This document shows, one piece after another, positions 51,432 through 64,000 of a stretch of 64,000 nt of DNA. Source of the stretch: Gnetum montanum. Lineage: Eukaryota; Plantae; Gnetophyta. Position 1 is the first letter of the stretch; every line of letters begins with the position of its first letter. The stretch is from contig MNCI01003033.1 in the NCBI GenBank assembly GCA_015680685.1, positions 11,868 to 75,867 on the forward strand. Reading direction: 5' to 3'. Made by a program: the position numbers and the translations under genes. Under the pieces are notes generated by a model. That model worked only from the letters and a program-made list of their open reading frames with translations, ran no database searches and had not been told where the DNA came from.

Positions 51432-52918
51432 TATTTTATTTTATTTTTTTTAGGAAAAGGTCGAGCGAATTTCATTCCCAAAAAAATGGAGAACAAGCTA
51501 CGCCTGCACTTAGCATGGACCATCAACCACGGCCCCAAAGTAGGAGTCCCCAGGACAGAAAGAGACAAGAACCAAGGTGAGAGCACAGGCAGCCCCCAAC
51601 ATCAACCGCGGCGGAGGAACTCGCAGGGAGGACCCACCACCTCGCCACCCAACAATCGACACAGAAACCCACGACCTAGGGGAGACCCAGACCCAAAGAG
51701 ACAGAGACCCAGAAATCACCGCGACAGAAAAGACAGAAAAGAGCAGCGAAAGCCATTCCCGCCGCTGCAGCAAAGACCCGACAACCCAGTTACGATTGCT
51801 GCCGGCCAGCCTCTCCCTGCGCAGCCAGTCCCGCGGCGAGGCGGTGCCGATTCTCCGCAATCAGCTGGGCGATTCCCGTCCTGCCGTTCTGCAGGACACC
51901 CGCAAACCAAAGCTGTGATGGTTGAGGACGAGGGGTTGCTATCCGATTCTTCGTGCTGCTGAGCCGAACATCCGGCGGGTCCTTCACCCGCGGCGGCCTT
52001 GGGCGATGCTGATCCTGATCAGCGTCCGGGCACCGAATGTTCGGCAATGTGTCTACCCCAGATGCAGATGTGTTGCCACGCGCCAGCCCCCGCTCCCCCT
52101 CGGCCAACCCCGTCGGGACATGGTTCTGTCTTCCACTAGCCCCTGCGACCGCCGGGGAGGGGGCACCCCGCGCAGAGTCAGGACCCCTTCTAGGCCCAGC
52201 CATAGAGGTGATCCCGTCCTTTGCGATCCTAATCTCCTGCCAAAGTTTCCTGAACCTAGCCCATAATATAGCCGGGGCGGGGCAGGCCACGTTTTTGAAG
52301 ACGTAATCATTGCGGGCCTTCCACAGAATCCAAAGTGCGGTGAGGGTGGGCGAGTTCCCAGAGATCTGGATGGGCCGCAAACCACACGTGTGCCAAAATT
52401 GCCGGTGACGTGACACTCCTGCATGAAATGCTGCAGCGTCTCATCAGCATGAGTGCACAGGGGGCAATGTGGACTAATCCCCAGGCCCCTGCACTGCAAG
52501 AACGTCCGAACAGGAAGGGCCCTGTGGAGGATCAGCCACCCGAACACCTTGATCTTCTCCGGAATTGGCCCCCGCCAGAGTATCCTCCAGTGCGGGTCTG
52601 ATGGGAACCGCGCCCGAAGGTACTGCCGGGGATGGAGGGGTTCAGCCGCGCCCCCCAACGTGACCATCTGAGCACAAAGCTGCTTCCAAACGAGCGAGTC
52701 CGAACCTGTAGCCCTCCAGGGCCGATACTTCCGCCACAGAAGCTGCGCCCATGTGGAGGGATCCTCCTGTGTGGTGAAGAGCCTCCAAATCAAGCGCTAC
52801 CGCCCTAACACCACCTCCTCTGTGAAGGGGAGAATGCCAACCCCCCCTGCCTCGCGGGGCCGTGCAGTGGTGGCCCAATCCACCAGGTGCATCTTCTTTC
52901 TTTTTTCTTTCTTTCTTT
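51432..52918 (-). mobile_element. 5'-truncated L1-type LINE (zf-RVT + RNase H-like + 3' tail) with TSD
   Basis: WRILWRGPIPEKIKVFGWLILHRALPV...CPLC..ADETLQHFMQEC, LWILWKARNDYVF, ESDS and GNRPAD motifs. T-rich tail ~51432-51451. TSD cttgggcttttt at 51420-51431 and 52919-52930. Confidence 0.9.
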
Positions 52919-53157
52919 CTTGGGCTTTTTATTATTTCACCTACCATGCTAAGAATAATTTGCAAACATAACATCCATTACAAAATGAAGATGTCTTAAA
53001 CTTAAAGTTAATAACTCATCGCACAACAAAGATGATAACATCATCAACAGTGTTAGTGTTTGATTTTCAAAATAAAGATAACCATTTTGTCCTAACTTTA
53101 ACTTGCATAGATGAATGAGCCTTTAATCGAAATAAATATTTTTAACAAATGCAAGTA

Positions 53158-53740
53158 CTAGCTTAGAGATATATATACATGAATTGGTTGAGATAATTTT
53201 AAAGAAGATGATGTTAATCAAGCCTGACTATTGGATGAGGAAACAAGATGACTAAAAAAAATCACTCACCCATCCTCTCTTTCTCTACCATTACCCAAAT
53301 TCATTACACCCTCTTGGTCAAGTTTGTTCTGTCATTGTTTGTTTAGGGAAATGGAAAATAATAGCTTAAAAACACCTTAAAAGAACAATGACAAAATATA
53401 CTTGACCGAGAGGGTGTAACGCATTTGGGGAATGTGTAGAGAAAGAGAGGATGGATAAGTGATTTTTTTTTATGAATCTTGTTTCCTCATCTAGCAGTTA
53501 TGCTTGGTTAACATAATCTTCTTTAAGATCATCTCGGCCAATTCATAGAGAGAGAGAGATATATATATATATAAAAGATTGTGGAGCAATTTCTCAAGCT
53601 AGGAGTAATTGAATTATGTTTTATAAATTTCTCTATTATCATCATCAAGGACATTGTTTTTCTAAGTTATCCATTATAAGGAAATTGTTTTAAAAGTTAA
53701 GTTGTTGAAATATTTTTAAAAATATTTCAATAATATCAAA
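53158..53740 (-). mobile_element. Second copy of the Helitron-like 3' end: CTAG terminus, ~400-bp hairpin and ~150-bp tail
   Basis: a|ctagctta at 53157-53165 as at 5589-5597. Inverted repeat ~53169-53572 is homologous to 5593-5981. 53590-53738 is similar to 5982-6110. Confidence 0.8.
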
Positions 53741-54040
53741 ATTGGCAAACCATCTAATATATAGTGGTACAAGTAAAATGAACTATATTTTATGTATGTT
53801 GAAGAAAGAATACATTACACAATTATTGCAATAAACATTATAGAGGTGGAGCCAAAGCGAGTGCACAGATGTGACAGTGCATTCCAGGTTCTAATTCCCC
53901 CCACACATAGAGAACTCATATGAGCTGAGCTTAGGTCTTTTATGTCATTTAATTAATTGTGTATTCAAACTCATTTCTAGTTTCTTGCACATGGAGAACA
54001 ACTTACATGAGCTTCGTTCACATATAGCATGAGTTGCCAC

Positions 54041-54161
54041 CAACATTGGTGCCAAATTTTGTGGGTAATTATAAAAAAGGTATTATTTGTGTAGTTGCAT
54101 CAACATTCGTGCTAGATTTTGTGGGTAATTAGAAAAAAAGGTATTATTTGTGTAGTTGCAT
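54041..54161 (+). repeat. ~60-bp tandem duplication
   Basis: caacatt..gtgc...ttttgtgggtaatta..aaaaaaggtattatttgtgtagttgcat occurs twice. Confidence 0.9.
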
Positions 54162-55153
54162 TCAATTTAGGCCATTAAATACATTAATGTATTGCAAAAG
54201 GTGTACATTTACCTTGTATTACCATTGAACGTGGCTCAAACCCAGTTAGGGCTCACTCACATGTTATGATTTGTGGATCATGACATAACTAATATTTAAA
54301 GTAGCAAAATTGCTATGATCTATTTTATTGGTCACATGCATTGTTTTATACTATAGCATGGCTTTTAGTTTTAACTACATGGGTAGCGAGCTGGAAAACA
54401 TGTGAAACTAAAATTAATTATCAAATACCATGGCTTTGCAAAAGAATGAACCATAAAATGTGTGACACTGAAACCCCATTTCTAGTGCTCTGCTGCTGGA
54501 CCATTGAATATGGCAATTAGGAAAACGCACATATCCAAATATTGAAGGACATAGAAGTTTGCTGCTGTAGTTTCGCTTGCCGTATGAAGTTCTGAAGGTA
54601 GTGGCAAAACCTTTTCTGGCGTGGCCTGGCTTTATTTCTTCACTGTTCCATTTAAATGGGTGTTCATATACTAAAATCCGCAACAGAGTCTGGAGAAAGT
54701 GGCCCAGATTTATCGGGGTTTGTTGTTAGTGCCATTACAGAAATGGTAAATTTTCTATGTTGGTGGCTCGGCTTTCTGTTTTCTTTCTTTATTTTTCGGA
54801 CTTCGCCAGGCGAACCACAGCGACGGCAGCAGGCCGAAGTGCGACGTTTCGCTGTTCTCTCTGAAGCCTGCCTCTGCTTTCTTTGTTTTTTTTTTTCTTT
54901 TTTTTCCATTTGGTGGTGTCTAACTTTGCCTTCAGAATCTAACTTCGTTTTCAGCTGCCATTTAACAAATTTCGTTTCCCGCGAGGTGCCACTTCCAATT
55001 CATGAAGCCTTCCGAAAAATCTAATTCGGTTTCCGACTTTGAGATTGTTGTTACTAAGATCCAAATACAAAAGGGAAGGACGGAAAGGGCACGGACACAG
55101 ACACAGGGGCTGCATCATCACGTTTAGCCTTAGCCATTATACCTGTCTGCCAA

Positions 55154-55256
55154 TCACTCACTTGCTGGATCACTCACTTGCTGGAACAAACAAATAAACA
55201 ATAGCCGAGCAATTACTCACTTGCTGGAACAAACAAATAAACAATAGCCGAGCAAA
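55154..55256 (+). repeat. Nested short tandem repeats
   Basis: actcacttgctgga x3; acaaacaaataaacaatagccgagcaa x2. Confidence 0.9.
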
Positions 55257-55959
55257 AGAATCTATAGTAGTGGTTGTGAAATTAGGTCTTCTTTCTTGTT
55301 GAGTCAAGGACAGCCTCGGAAAAGTCGGGAAAAAAAAACAAACGAAGGGAAGCACAGATTCCACAAGGAGTGAATATTCAGCCGATATTTGTGCTCTGGC
55401 CGCCGATCAAGTTTGAAACGTTCACCGTAAAGGACGGGATTAAATATTCTTTAGGCAACGGAGGGGTTTGGATTCAGAGTGTGAATTTGATGTCATTGCT
55501 GCTCATCACCCATTTATTTTTTAATTTGTAACGGGTAAAGTGTAATTTAAACCTCTATGTTTGCAAACTACAGGTATCCTCAGCGTAGTCCTATGTATTT
55601 TTGTGGGTCGGGTCTCTTAGATTTGATTACCATGTAAATACTAACACTATATGATGTACACTCGTTCAGGGTATAAATTACAAAATGCTATAATTTTATG
55701 GGTTTTTCAAGACAGATTTTAACGGTTACTCATATTTTATTTGATGGTAATTTTGACTATAAGATTTTTAAAGAAGACATTGCATCGACTAGAATTACTT
55801 ATGTGAGGAGGATCCTAAACTATTTGTACAAGGATCAAATGCTAAATTTTCTTTTGTTATGATTAATAAGTAAATTACATTCAATGATTTTGCATTGACT
55901 AATAATTTTTGGTAAAATTTGGACCATTACCTTAGGTCATAACAATTGATGAGTTTTGA

Positions 55960-56600
55960 TTTTATAAGTTGCTTCATCAATGCATCTACATCGATGCATG
56001 CTTAGTTTCATCAACATAGCAACATTGATGCAGAGGTAATAAATGCTTATATAAATGTGTGCACCCACTACATTAATGAAACCATTAGGTCCATGCCATA
56101 GTTGAATTTTTGTAGTTTTTTCCCATGAAAATTAGAATTTAGCATTGAGTGCCTGCACTAAGTGGATTGTACAAAGTTTTATTCGAGTGACTGCACTTAA
56201 ACACATTTGCATGATGGCAATAAGATCCAAGATTCATTTTCCTTCATTGTAGCACTTGGCTTAGTTTGAAAGTTTCCTTGCAATTTAATTTTAATTGTAC
56301 TAGAGACGGTGCCCAAGAATTAGCCAGCTTAAGGAGGAGGACCATAATAGATACTTCTTTCCTATGGTTGCTACTCATAGCTGAATTAACCAAAAACTTA
56401 TTTCATTCACCCAAGATCCCACAAAGGATACCGAGCTAGGAATGGACTAATTTATGGAGATCTACTATGCCTAGCAATATGACATCAACCTTGCCAATGC
56501 CTTGCTTGAAGACCATCGTCACCTTGACTTTGATGCCCAGATGGAATGAAGAGGTCCCATAGATGGGAACAATAAGGACCTAGGCCCTCATGGATGGAGG
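55960..56600 (+). mobile_element. Old, diverged Athila-like LTR remnant
   Basis: tataaatgtgtg...tttattcgagtgact...gcaataagat resembles the LTR core at ~13820-14030 and ~46100-46320. Confidence 0.5.
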
Positions 56601-58620
56601 AGTAAATTATCCTAGCAAATTTGGCCCAACCAGATGCTTCGTACCTTCAGTAGAATTGTCAGATTGGGGAATTCCACACCTGGTATCTGCCGTTACGGAC
56701 CCAAGCAACGCCTTCAGCTTCACCATCATGCAGATTTACAATTATGGGATGCAGGGCTGGAATTTCATATTTTCTTAAACCATAAATATAAATACAGAGG
56801 AAACCTGGGATACTGTGGCTGTATACAGTTATTTTCATACGATTTTAGAAAAATAAAGCGTATATTGCAGTTTGGAACTCATACTTGCCCGTATATTTCC
56901 AACCCAGATTTCAAACTCAATGAACAGGTGCTGAAGAGATTTCCTCAACCAACACAGGTCCACTTGTGTTCTCATCGATCGTAAGAGGCAAGATTCCAAA
57001 ACAAGCATCGGCTGATCACCAGTTTGAATCAGCCAGTTTGAATAATTACACCGTTCTCGATCAAGAATCTGGGTGCTTTAAACGAAGTACCCATTCAGGT
57101 TAGGTTTGTTTTTTTCTGCCGTGTTTTTGGCGAATCCGTACGTGGCAAGGTGATTGACTGGGATATCAGGGGTAGACCTTTTGTTGGATAGCTACGTGGA
57201 ACCCGTTCACGATTTCTGTTTCAAAGAAGTATAACCCTGGGGATGGATCCACCCGGATTTTGGCTGGTTTGGCTGAGTGGAGCCCGTCCACACCATTTCT
57301 GTTTCAAGGAGCATACCCCGCGTAAATTTGGGGGTGGCGGCAGGGGCTGGACCCACCCGCGTGTTGTTTTTTTTTTTCTTTTTTTTAATTATTGGGCGAA
57401 TTTCTCTTTAAAAAAAGAATCTGGGTCTTCGCAATCATAAGATTAAGATGTTTTTATGGCTGTTATCAGACAAAGCGGCGTTGGCATGGGACAATGTGGA
57501 GAGGCGGGGCTGTTAAGGCTCCCACTTGTGTTCCTTTAAAAAAGAAGAAAGAAGAAAAGAGGGGAAAAAAAAGGAGAGAAAGATAGAGCTCAGGATGATG
57601 TGTGCAATGATGAGGATTTGCTGGTTACGAGATTAAGGTTTGCTCTACGCGTTTAGTTTGAGGAAGCTTTCTTCTGGGCTACACCTTTCATGCTTGTCCT
57701 GCCCTATGTCTCAAAGTGTGTACTATGTAGGTGGTGCAACTCATGTCTGTATGTGTTTTGAACATGACATAATACCAGCTTTTTAACATTTTTTTCAAAA
57801 AAGAGAATTTTTTTAGGGAGTTACTAGTTAGTTATGTGGACTCTGTCACGCACAATAAATAATTATGGTAATCATATTTGTGCTTTTAAATGAAAAGATG
57901 ACATCAAGCTTAAATGGATAAATGGATGAATTGCTAGAAATTCACTATGCCATGGCTCTAGGAATAAATGGATAAATCACCATATCAATTGAATTGCAAA
58001 AGTTATTTTTTAATTAATAACTTTTCCTTTTATTTGTTACCAAAGAAAAATGACTATAGCAAGTCATCCCAGAGGGACTACAACATTGGTTTCTAGATGT
58101 ATATAATCTTCCTAATTCTTAAATGCTAAATCCAATGCCTACATTTTGCATGCATATTTATAAATCTTTGACGTGGCCAATGCCTAGTCGAATGTTGTGT
58201 CTTGAGCAATTATCAAAATGGAAAGACTAAAACTAGAGTACACTTTACTAGCACATCAATTGTGAGACCTAATTTCAATAGTTCCTTATGCTGCAATGAT
58301 CACATGGATCTGCTAGGATGCAAACCGCTAGGCCATTAAATGTGTCTAGCATGATCAAACCAACACACATGAATTTCTGCTCCTTATGGCACACTACTTC
58401 AATTATAGTAGTAGATGAATGACAATAGTTTTGAGGAAACAATTAGATGAATCACTACATTATCTTATGGTATAGGCTATATCAATTACCAATCAACTAG
58501 AGATGCTAGAAATCCTACAAAAAGCAAGTCTACCTACTCATAAAACATTTGTTTTTACAAAGATTATTGTGCCTATGCAACATCAATTATGAACTTGCAC
58601 TTCATCAAGTGGTTACAAAA

Positions 58621-58800
58621 ACAATATACACGATTATCTAGATAGGAAATCTAGCACTAATTGATGGACCTAAAACATGTGTTGAAATTCAAACATATGC
58701 AATTTTACAACAATAGTATACCTGATTATCCAAATAGGAAATCTAGCACCAACTGATGGACCTAAAACATGCTTTGAAATTCAGACATGGAATTTTAGAA
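58621..58800 (+). repeat. ~90-bp tandem duplication
   Basis: gattatc..ataggaaatctagcac.aa.tgatggacctaaaacatg occurs twice. Confidence 0.85.
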
Positions 58801-59322
58801 TAGTTGAGTGAAAAAATGTATGTTCTTCATCTCCCTTTGAAAAATTTAATAGCAAGAAATGAGCATTAGCAGCAAAGGCCATATGCTTGCTATTTAGATA
58901 CAATTTATGAGATTATAGAATGTGCAAAGTCATTATTTTTATGATGTGAGGGATGAAATGTGAACTTTTAGGAAAATCAAGAGCATGTACCAAGTGCAAG
59001 TTGGTAAGTTCTTTAAGCAACAATGCCACACATTTGTAATAAAAATCAAGCCCTCTCTAATTATTTTCTTTAATTCTAAATTTGCAGCCAAATGGAATAA
59101 ATGCTAGTTTTGAGATTCTGCTTCTTACAATCTAAAACCATACTAGTTTCGAATCTAAGGATTCATCATAAATGCTAGTTACCTACTAATGAATAATTTT
59201 TGTAAGAAATTTCTTCTATTCTTTTCCATTGATATATATCCTCCATACTTAGAATGTGCTGAGTAGATTATTAGCTTCAAAAACTTCTTCACTACATTAA
59301 AAAGTTACTAAAATCCAATTCA

Positions 59323-59451
<129 letters not shown>

Positions 59452-59707
59452 TTAAGCACTCCACTCTATGCTTCATCAATGGCCTTGGATAAAAATTTTA
59501 AGCCTCTATCCTTGATGAGTGGCGAGGTACCCCTACACTCAACCATACAAAACGAGCGTCGCACGCGCGATCCGGTCGAACTCCATAGATGGACTAGTTG
59601 TGGCACCTAGATAGTTAGCCTTAGGTCGCAGTTCGCTGTCTTCCCATCTAGACTAGTTTTGCATATGTCACGTATGGTTTAGTCTAGATGAGGTGTATGA
59701 TGTGTTC

Positions 59708-60403
59708 NNNNNNNNNNNNNNNNNNNNNNNNNNNNNNNNNNNNNNNNNNNNNNNNNNNNNNNNNNNNNNNNNNNNNNNNNNNNNNNNNNNNNNNNNNNNN
59801 NNNNNNNNNNNNNNNNNNNNNNNNNNNNNNNNNNNNNNNNNNNNNNNNNNNNNNNNNNNNNNNNNNNNNNNNNNNNNNNNNNNNNNNNNNNNNNNNNNNN
59901 NNNNNNNNNNNNNNNNNNNNNNNNNNNNNNNNNNNNNNNNNNNNNNNNNNNNNNNNNNNNNNNNNNNNNNNNNNNNNNNNNNNNNNNNNNNNNNNNNNNN
60001 NNNNNNNNNNNNNNNNNNNNNNNNNNNNNNNNNNNNNNNNNNNNNNNNNNNNNNNNNNNNNNNNNNNNNNNNNNNNNNNNNNNNNNNNNNNNNNNNNNNN
60101 NNNNNNNNNNNNNNNNNNNNNNNNNNNNNNNNNNNNNNNNNNNNNNNNNNNNNNNNNNNNNNNNNNNNNNNNNNNNNNNNNNNNNNNNNNNNNNNNNNNN
60201 NNNNNNNNNNNNNNNNNNNNNNNNNNNNNNNNNNNNNNNNNNNNNNNNNNNNNNNNNNNNNNNNNNNNNNNNNNNNNNNNNNNNNNNNNNNNNNNNNNNN
60301 NNNNNNNNNNNNNNNNNNNNNNNNNNNNNNNNNNNNNNNNNNNNNNNNNNNNNNNNNNNNNNNNNNNNNNNNNNNNNNNNNNNNNNNNNNNNNNNNNNNN
60401 NNN
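59708..60403. other. Assembly gap (696 N) inside the LTR
   Basis: Run of N. The homologous LTR at ~23650-24150 shows what it probably contains. Confidence 1.
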
Positions 60404-60589
60404 CCAGAGCTTCGCTACACTAAAATTTGGATCCCCAAACAAGGGAGAGCCGCCTCTTATTTATAGACATGGCGGTGGACTGCGATATCGCGTACGCGAT
60501 ATCGCAGCTGATGCAAACCGCGTCTCATCATACCCCCACGACTGAATAAAAACTCGTCCTCGAGTTATAAGGAGAACAAGCTGCAGTGA

Positions 60590-62928
60590 TTACACAGTGG
60601 ATAGGTATGGGATTATTAACTGGTAAAAGAAATGGACTAATGCCGCAGTGAGGGAAGACATAACACAGAGAAAAAATGCTACAACTACAAAAATGTGGAA
60701 CTCATGTAGTTCCTGGTGGCGGTGGCTCCTCCATGGGTGCTTTCCCTTTGTCACGTGCTCCAAGTTTTGACGATTGATGACGCTGAAGAATAGCCTGGAG
60801 CTTCTCCTCTTTGGTCCGAGGGTCTTGTGCCATCCATGCTGATGCTCCAATGTTTGATGGAGTCGGCACTTCCCACGGACAGGGTAGTTGCGGGAACATC
60901 TGATAGCTTTGACGTACCATGCCGCAAATACCCATCGTTCCTCTTCGTAGGCTCTGGCTCTGTCTTTGTATTCATGAAGTTCTGTCAGCCATCGAGCCAA
61001 GTCGGTTGCCACATCTTTCTGTCCTTGATAGCTTTCTTTTACCACCGAGAGTTCAGAAATTGCAACATCTAATTTTTCAGCCAACTTCTTTCGCTCTGCA
61101 AATTCTGCTTCATATTTGATGTAGGTGGAAGCTACCTGCTACTCGAGCTCTGACCTCGGGCGTCCTGTTGTTAACATGGCCAGGTTGGCATATCGAAGGT
61201 TTGCCAACTCCATGTATTCAGTTAAGTCCTGGATCTGCAGGTCCCGGTTCTTAATTTCCGCCTGGTGGGCATAGGCATAAGTGTCCACAATGGCCCCCCA
61301 ATCAGTGTGCTGGGCACTGATGCTGTTAATTTGAGCTTTGGCCATCTGGATCTCCTTCTCCAGGATCTGTTTATACATCCCCACCTGATCACGGAAGTGC
61401 TCCTTCAGCTTCTCATGTTGTTTAGCCTCATTCTGCCACGCACTAATCTCGATGGCTGATTTCTGTCGAATACTGCGCACCTCCTCCATTGAGAGGGTTC
61501 GATTCTCTCAGGCTAAACGGCTTACATCTTGGTTGACTCGAATGAATTGTTCTCACAGCCGATGAAAGTGCTCATCGAGAACATTCTTTTGCTTCTCCAT
61601 AGAAGTCAACCGAAGGTTATCTGCAACCAACTGCTTATTCTCTTCCTGCAAGGCCTTGAGTGCCTTAAGATGCGCATGAGTTTGCGCCTTTGCTGCGGAG
61701 GCATCCCAAGTGGCCGTCTCCTTTTCTTCTGCCACCTTCTTATTTTCTGCTATTACTTTGGTCAGTTGCTCGGTTTTAAAATTGCCTAACTGGTCTGCGG
61801 GAACCAATCGCAAGGGATCCGGCTATGCTGCTTGTAAGGCAATGAGCTGCTCTTGTAATTTCTGCACTTCAGCCTCAGCATGCTCAGCCCTTACTTCGGA
61901 TATGACCAGTTTCCCCTTTGTCGAAATGAGGTCTGACTGTATTGCGGTTACATCTTGAGGGATGTCAAACAGGGACGTTAAAACTTNCTCGCCAGTACTC
62001 TTCCTTGGAGCTGACGCTTTTAATAATTCAGCGTAAGAAACGTTTTGGGCCTTTCGGAGGACATCATTTGTATATCCCCGAATACCTACCCAACGGCACA
62101 GTTTTCTGATAAGGTAGGGAAAAGGGAGTGCCATNGTTGGTGGCACAACAGGTACATTGAAAGATTCCTTGATGTGGTCAGCGACCNAATCTCCGTCAAA
62201 TATATATGAGGAAGGTTAGCGTTAACCTTTCCCATCAACACTGCACATCCTCTTGCCGTATACGTTGATATTCTCTTTAAGCCTTTTGTGGGGAAGAGGT
62301 GATAGGTCCCGATTTTAAAATAGACTTGCTCTTCCGTGGTCAGCTCACCAAAAGCCTTATCTCTGCCATAAGCCTTCTCTAGCCAATCCTTTCGCACATC
62401 AGGGTCTGATCAGGTGGATAACCGAGCAACATGGGGGCCCGAGTTCAGAAGGTTTAACACTTCCGAAATCGTCTGTGCAGAAAAATCCACTGTCACACCA
62501 CCGATGTTTACTGTGGTGCCTTGCTCTTTATTGTGCCAAAACAGGTACGTCTCTCCTAAGTACCAGGCACCTTGTTCAGAGAGGATAGGCCATAAGGGAG
62601 ACCCCTTGAGGTGATCCCTAACAGCCTCAGGAGCGAACTCTGCAAAAGATTTGAAGTTGAGTTCCACAATCACCGAAGCAATTGTGGACTTCATGTTGAT
62701 GGCCTGAACACATTCCGGGGGCAACGTAAGTTGTTGTCCCATTTCAGGCACAGCAGCTCCTCCTTCTGCCTGCCCGGATCGTCTGGTAGGAGGTTCATCT
62801 TGATGGATGCTGAATGAATGCACCTCCTGTTCATTATGTTGTCCGGTAGGGACTTGTCTTCGGCCTCTCCTAGGTTGTTTTGCTCCACCTTGGGTCGGAC
62901 TCTTCTGCTGGGAGCGTTTCGGGGCCAT
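60590..62928 (-). pseudogene. Athila env-like / plant-transposon additional ORF with coiled-coil C-terminus (interrupted by a few stops and Ns)
   Basis: MAPKR start. VNIGGVTVDFSAQTISEVLNL, HLFPTKG and ALPFPYLIRKLCRWVGI match env-like domain patterns, followed by a heptad-rich helical region. Confidence 0.75.
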
Positions 62929-64000
62929 CTGCAATCACACGGGCCAACATTAGTAAGGTTGTTTAGGAAATCAAGTTATACCTTACTACTTGCCTTAATT
63001 AAAGATCTGTTATTATTGTGTGATCGTGCCTAAAAATTATAATGATGGGTCCTATGACTTAGGTGGATGTGTGTTTTAATATCCCAGTATACTTAAGGTC
63101 ATATGATTTATGGCACAATTTATCTAAGTGTTAGAAGTAACTACCCTAATTGATGTCCTTTGGGCGATGAAAAATTTCAAAAAAGTTAGGCACTTTTCAG
63201 CAAGTGTCTCTCCCCCACGACGAAACTGAACACTCTGGGTTCAAGCAGGTTCAAACGGAATTCAAATCGGAGTACCAGCGCACAAGATATTGTTGAGAAA
63301 GCAAGGGTCACTCAAGCGTAAGTTGCAGAGAAAAAATTCAAAAACTTCCCCCCGCGTGAATGCCAAATGAAGCTAAGTGTTGCGGTGGGGGTCCCTATTT
63401 ATAGGAACAGGGGACGCGATATCGCGTACAATACATCGCGTACGCGATATCGCGTCCCACATGATATCGCGTACGCGATATCTCGGCCCAACTGCAATGA
63501 GACACCTGAAAGAAACCGAATTTTTAATGATTTTTCATGAAATTAATGTGTAAAGTGAGGACATTGGCAATGATTAATGTATTCAAGGGTAATTACATAA
63601 ATTCGAGAGGCACGTTGGATGATAAAGGTGTGAATATTAACAATTAAAACTTTGGCGGTTATGAAGAAAAGGGAATGTAATGGAATATTGGAACATTAAA
63701 GTTTAGAGGGTTAATAAATGGGAAAGAAATTTATGAAAAACTAAGCTGAGGGTCAAAAATTGTGTGTTAAGTGAGAGAATTAAGGAAGATTACAACAAAA
63801 TTACACAAGTGGGTCCTCCCCAAAGCAGGTTTCAACCTATTATGCCCTTGTGTAATCACACTTAAAGTGTCTGTGGGCACTAGAAGGGTTAATTGTAATC
63901 CGCACTAACTCCACAAAACACACGCATGTAATTATCACCGGAATGAGACGAAAACTTTATGTTACATGGGATACGAGCTACAATTACACGAACAGTGAGA

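Larger units (their letters stand above)
59513..64000 (-). mobile_element. Relatively young Athila-like element: 3' LTR (59513-60530), PPT, env-like ORF, internal region running out of the window
   Basis: TGATGAG...CTCATCA termini. PPT gtcgtgggggta (minus, 60531-60542). CpG-rich. Confidence 0.88.

Noticed and set aside
51393-52971. Plus-strand Arg/Pro-rich ORFs
   Set aside because: Antisense shadows of the GC-rich LINE.
59684-60545. Long ORFs of 250-285 aa
   Set aside because: Artefacts of translating the N gap.

Overview
AT-rich, CpG-depleted, transposon-dense plant nuclear DNA. It is from a vascular plant, but the species cannot be fixed from the sequence. There is one clearly intact host gene: a GC-rich, intronless chalcone-synthase-superfamily type III polyketide synthase (17458-18648, +) with the Cys-His-Asn triad intact but non-CHS pocket residues. 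Almost everything else is mobile or viral DNA. (1) Many Athila-like Ty3/gypsy pieces with TGATGAG...CTCATCA LTRs and an env-like ORF. (2) A TSD-bounded Ty1/copia element 212 bp behind the PKS stop. (3) Chromovirus and Tat/Ogre gypsy remnants. (4) L1- and RTE-type LINE fragments. (5) A decayed, near-full-length endogenous caulimovirid (MP-CP-AP-RT-RH plus an unknown ORF). (6) An intronless RelA/SpoT (RSH1-type) retro-fragment joined to LTR sequence. (7) A Helitron-like PIF1 element whose CTAG 3' end is preceded by a ~390-bp hairpin, with a second copy of that end 47.6 kb away. A ~3.9-kb direct segmental duplication brackets the PKS. Boundaries of decayed elements were read by eye and are approximate unless TSDs or termini are quoted. 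All family assignments are from motif recognition, not database searches.
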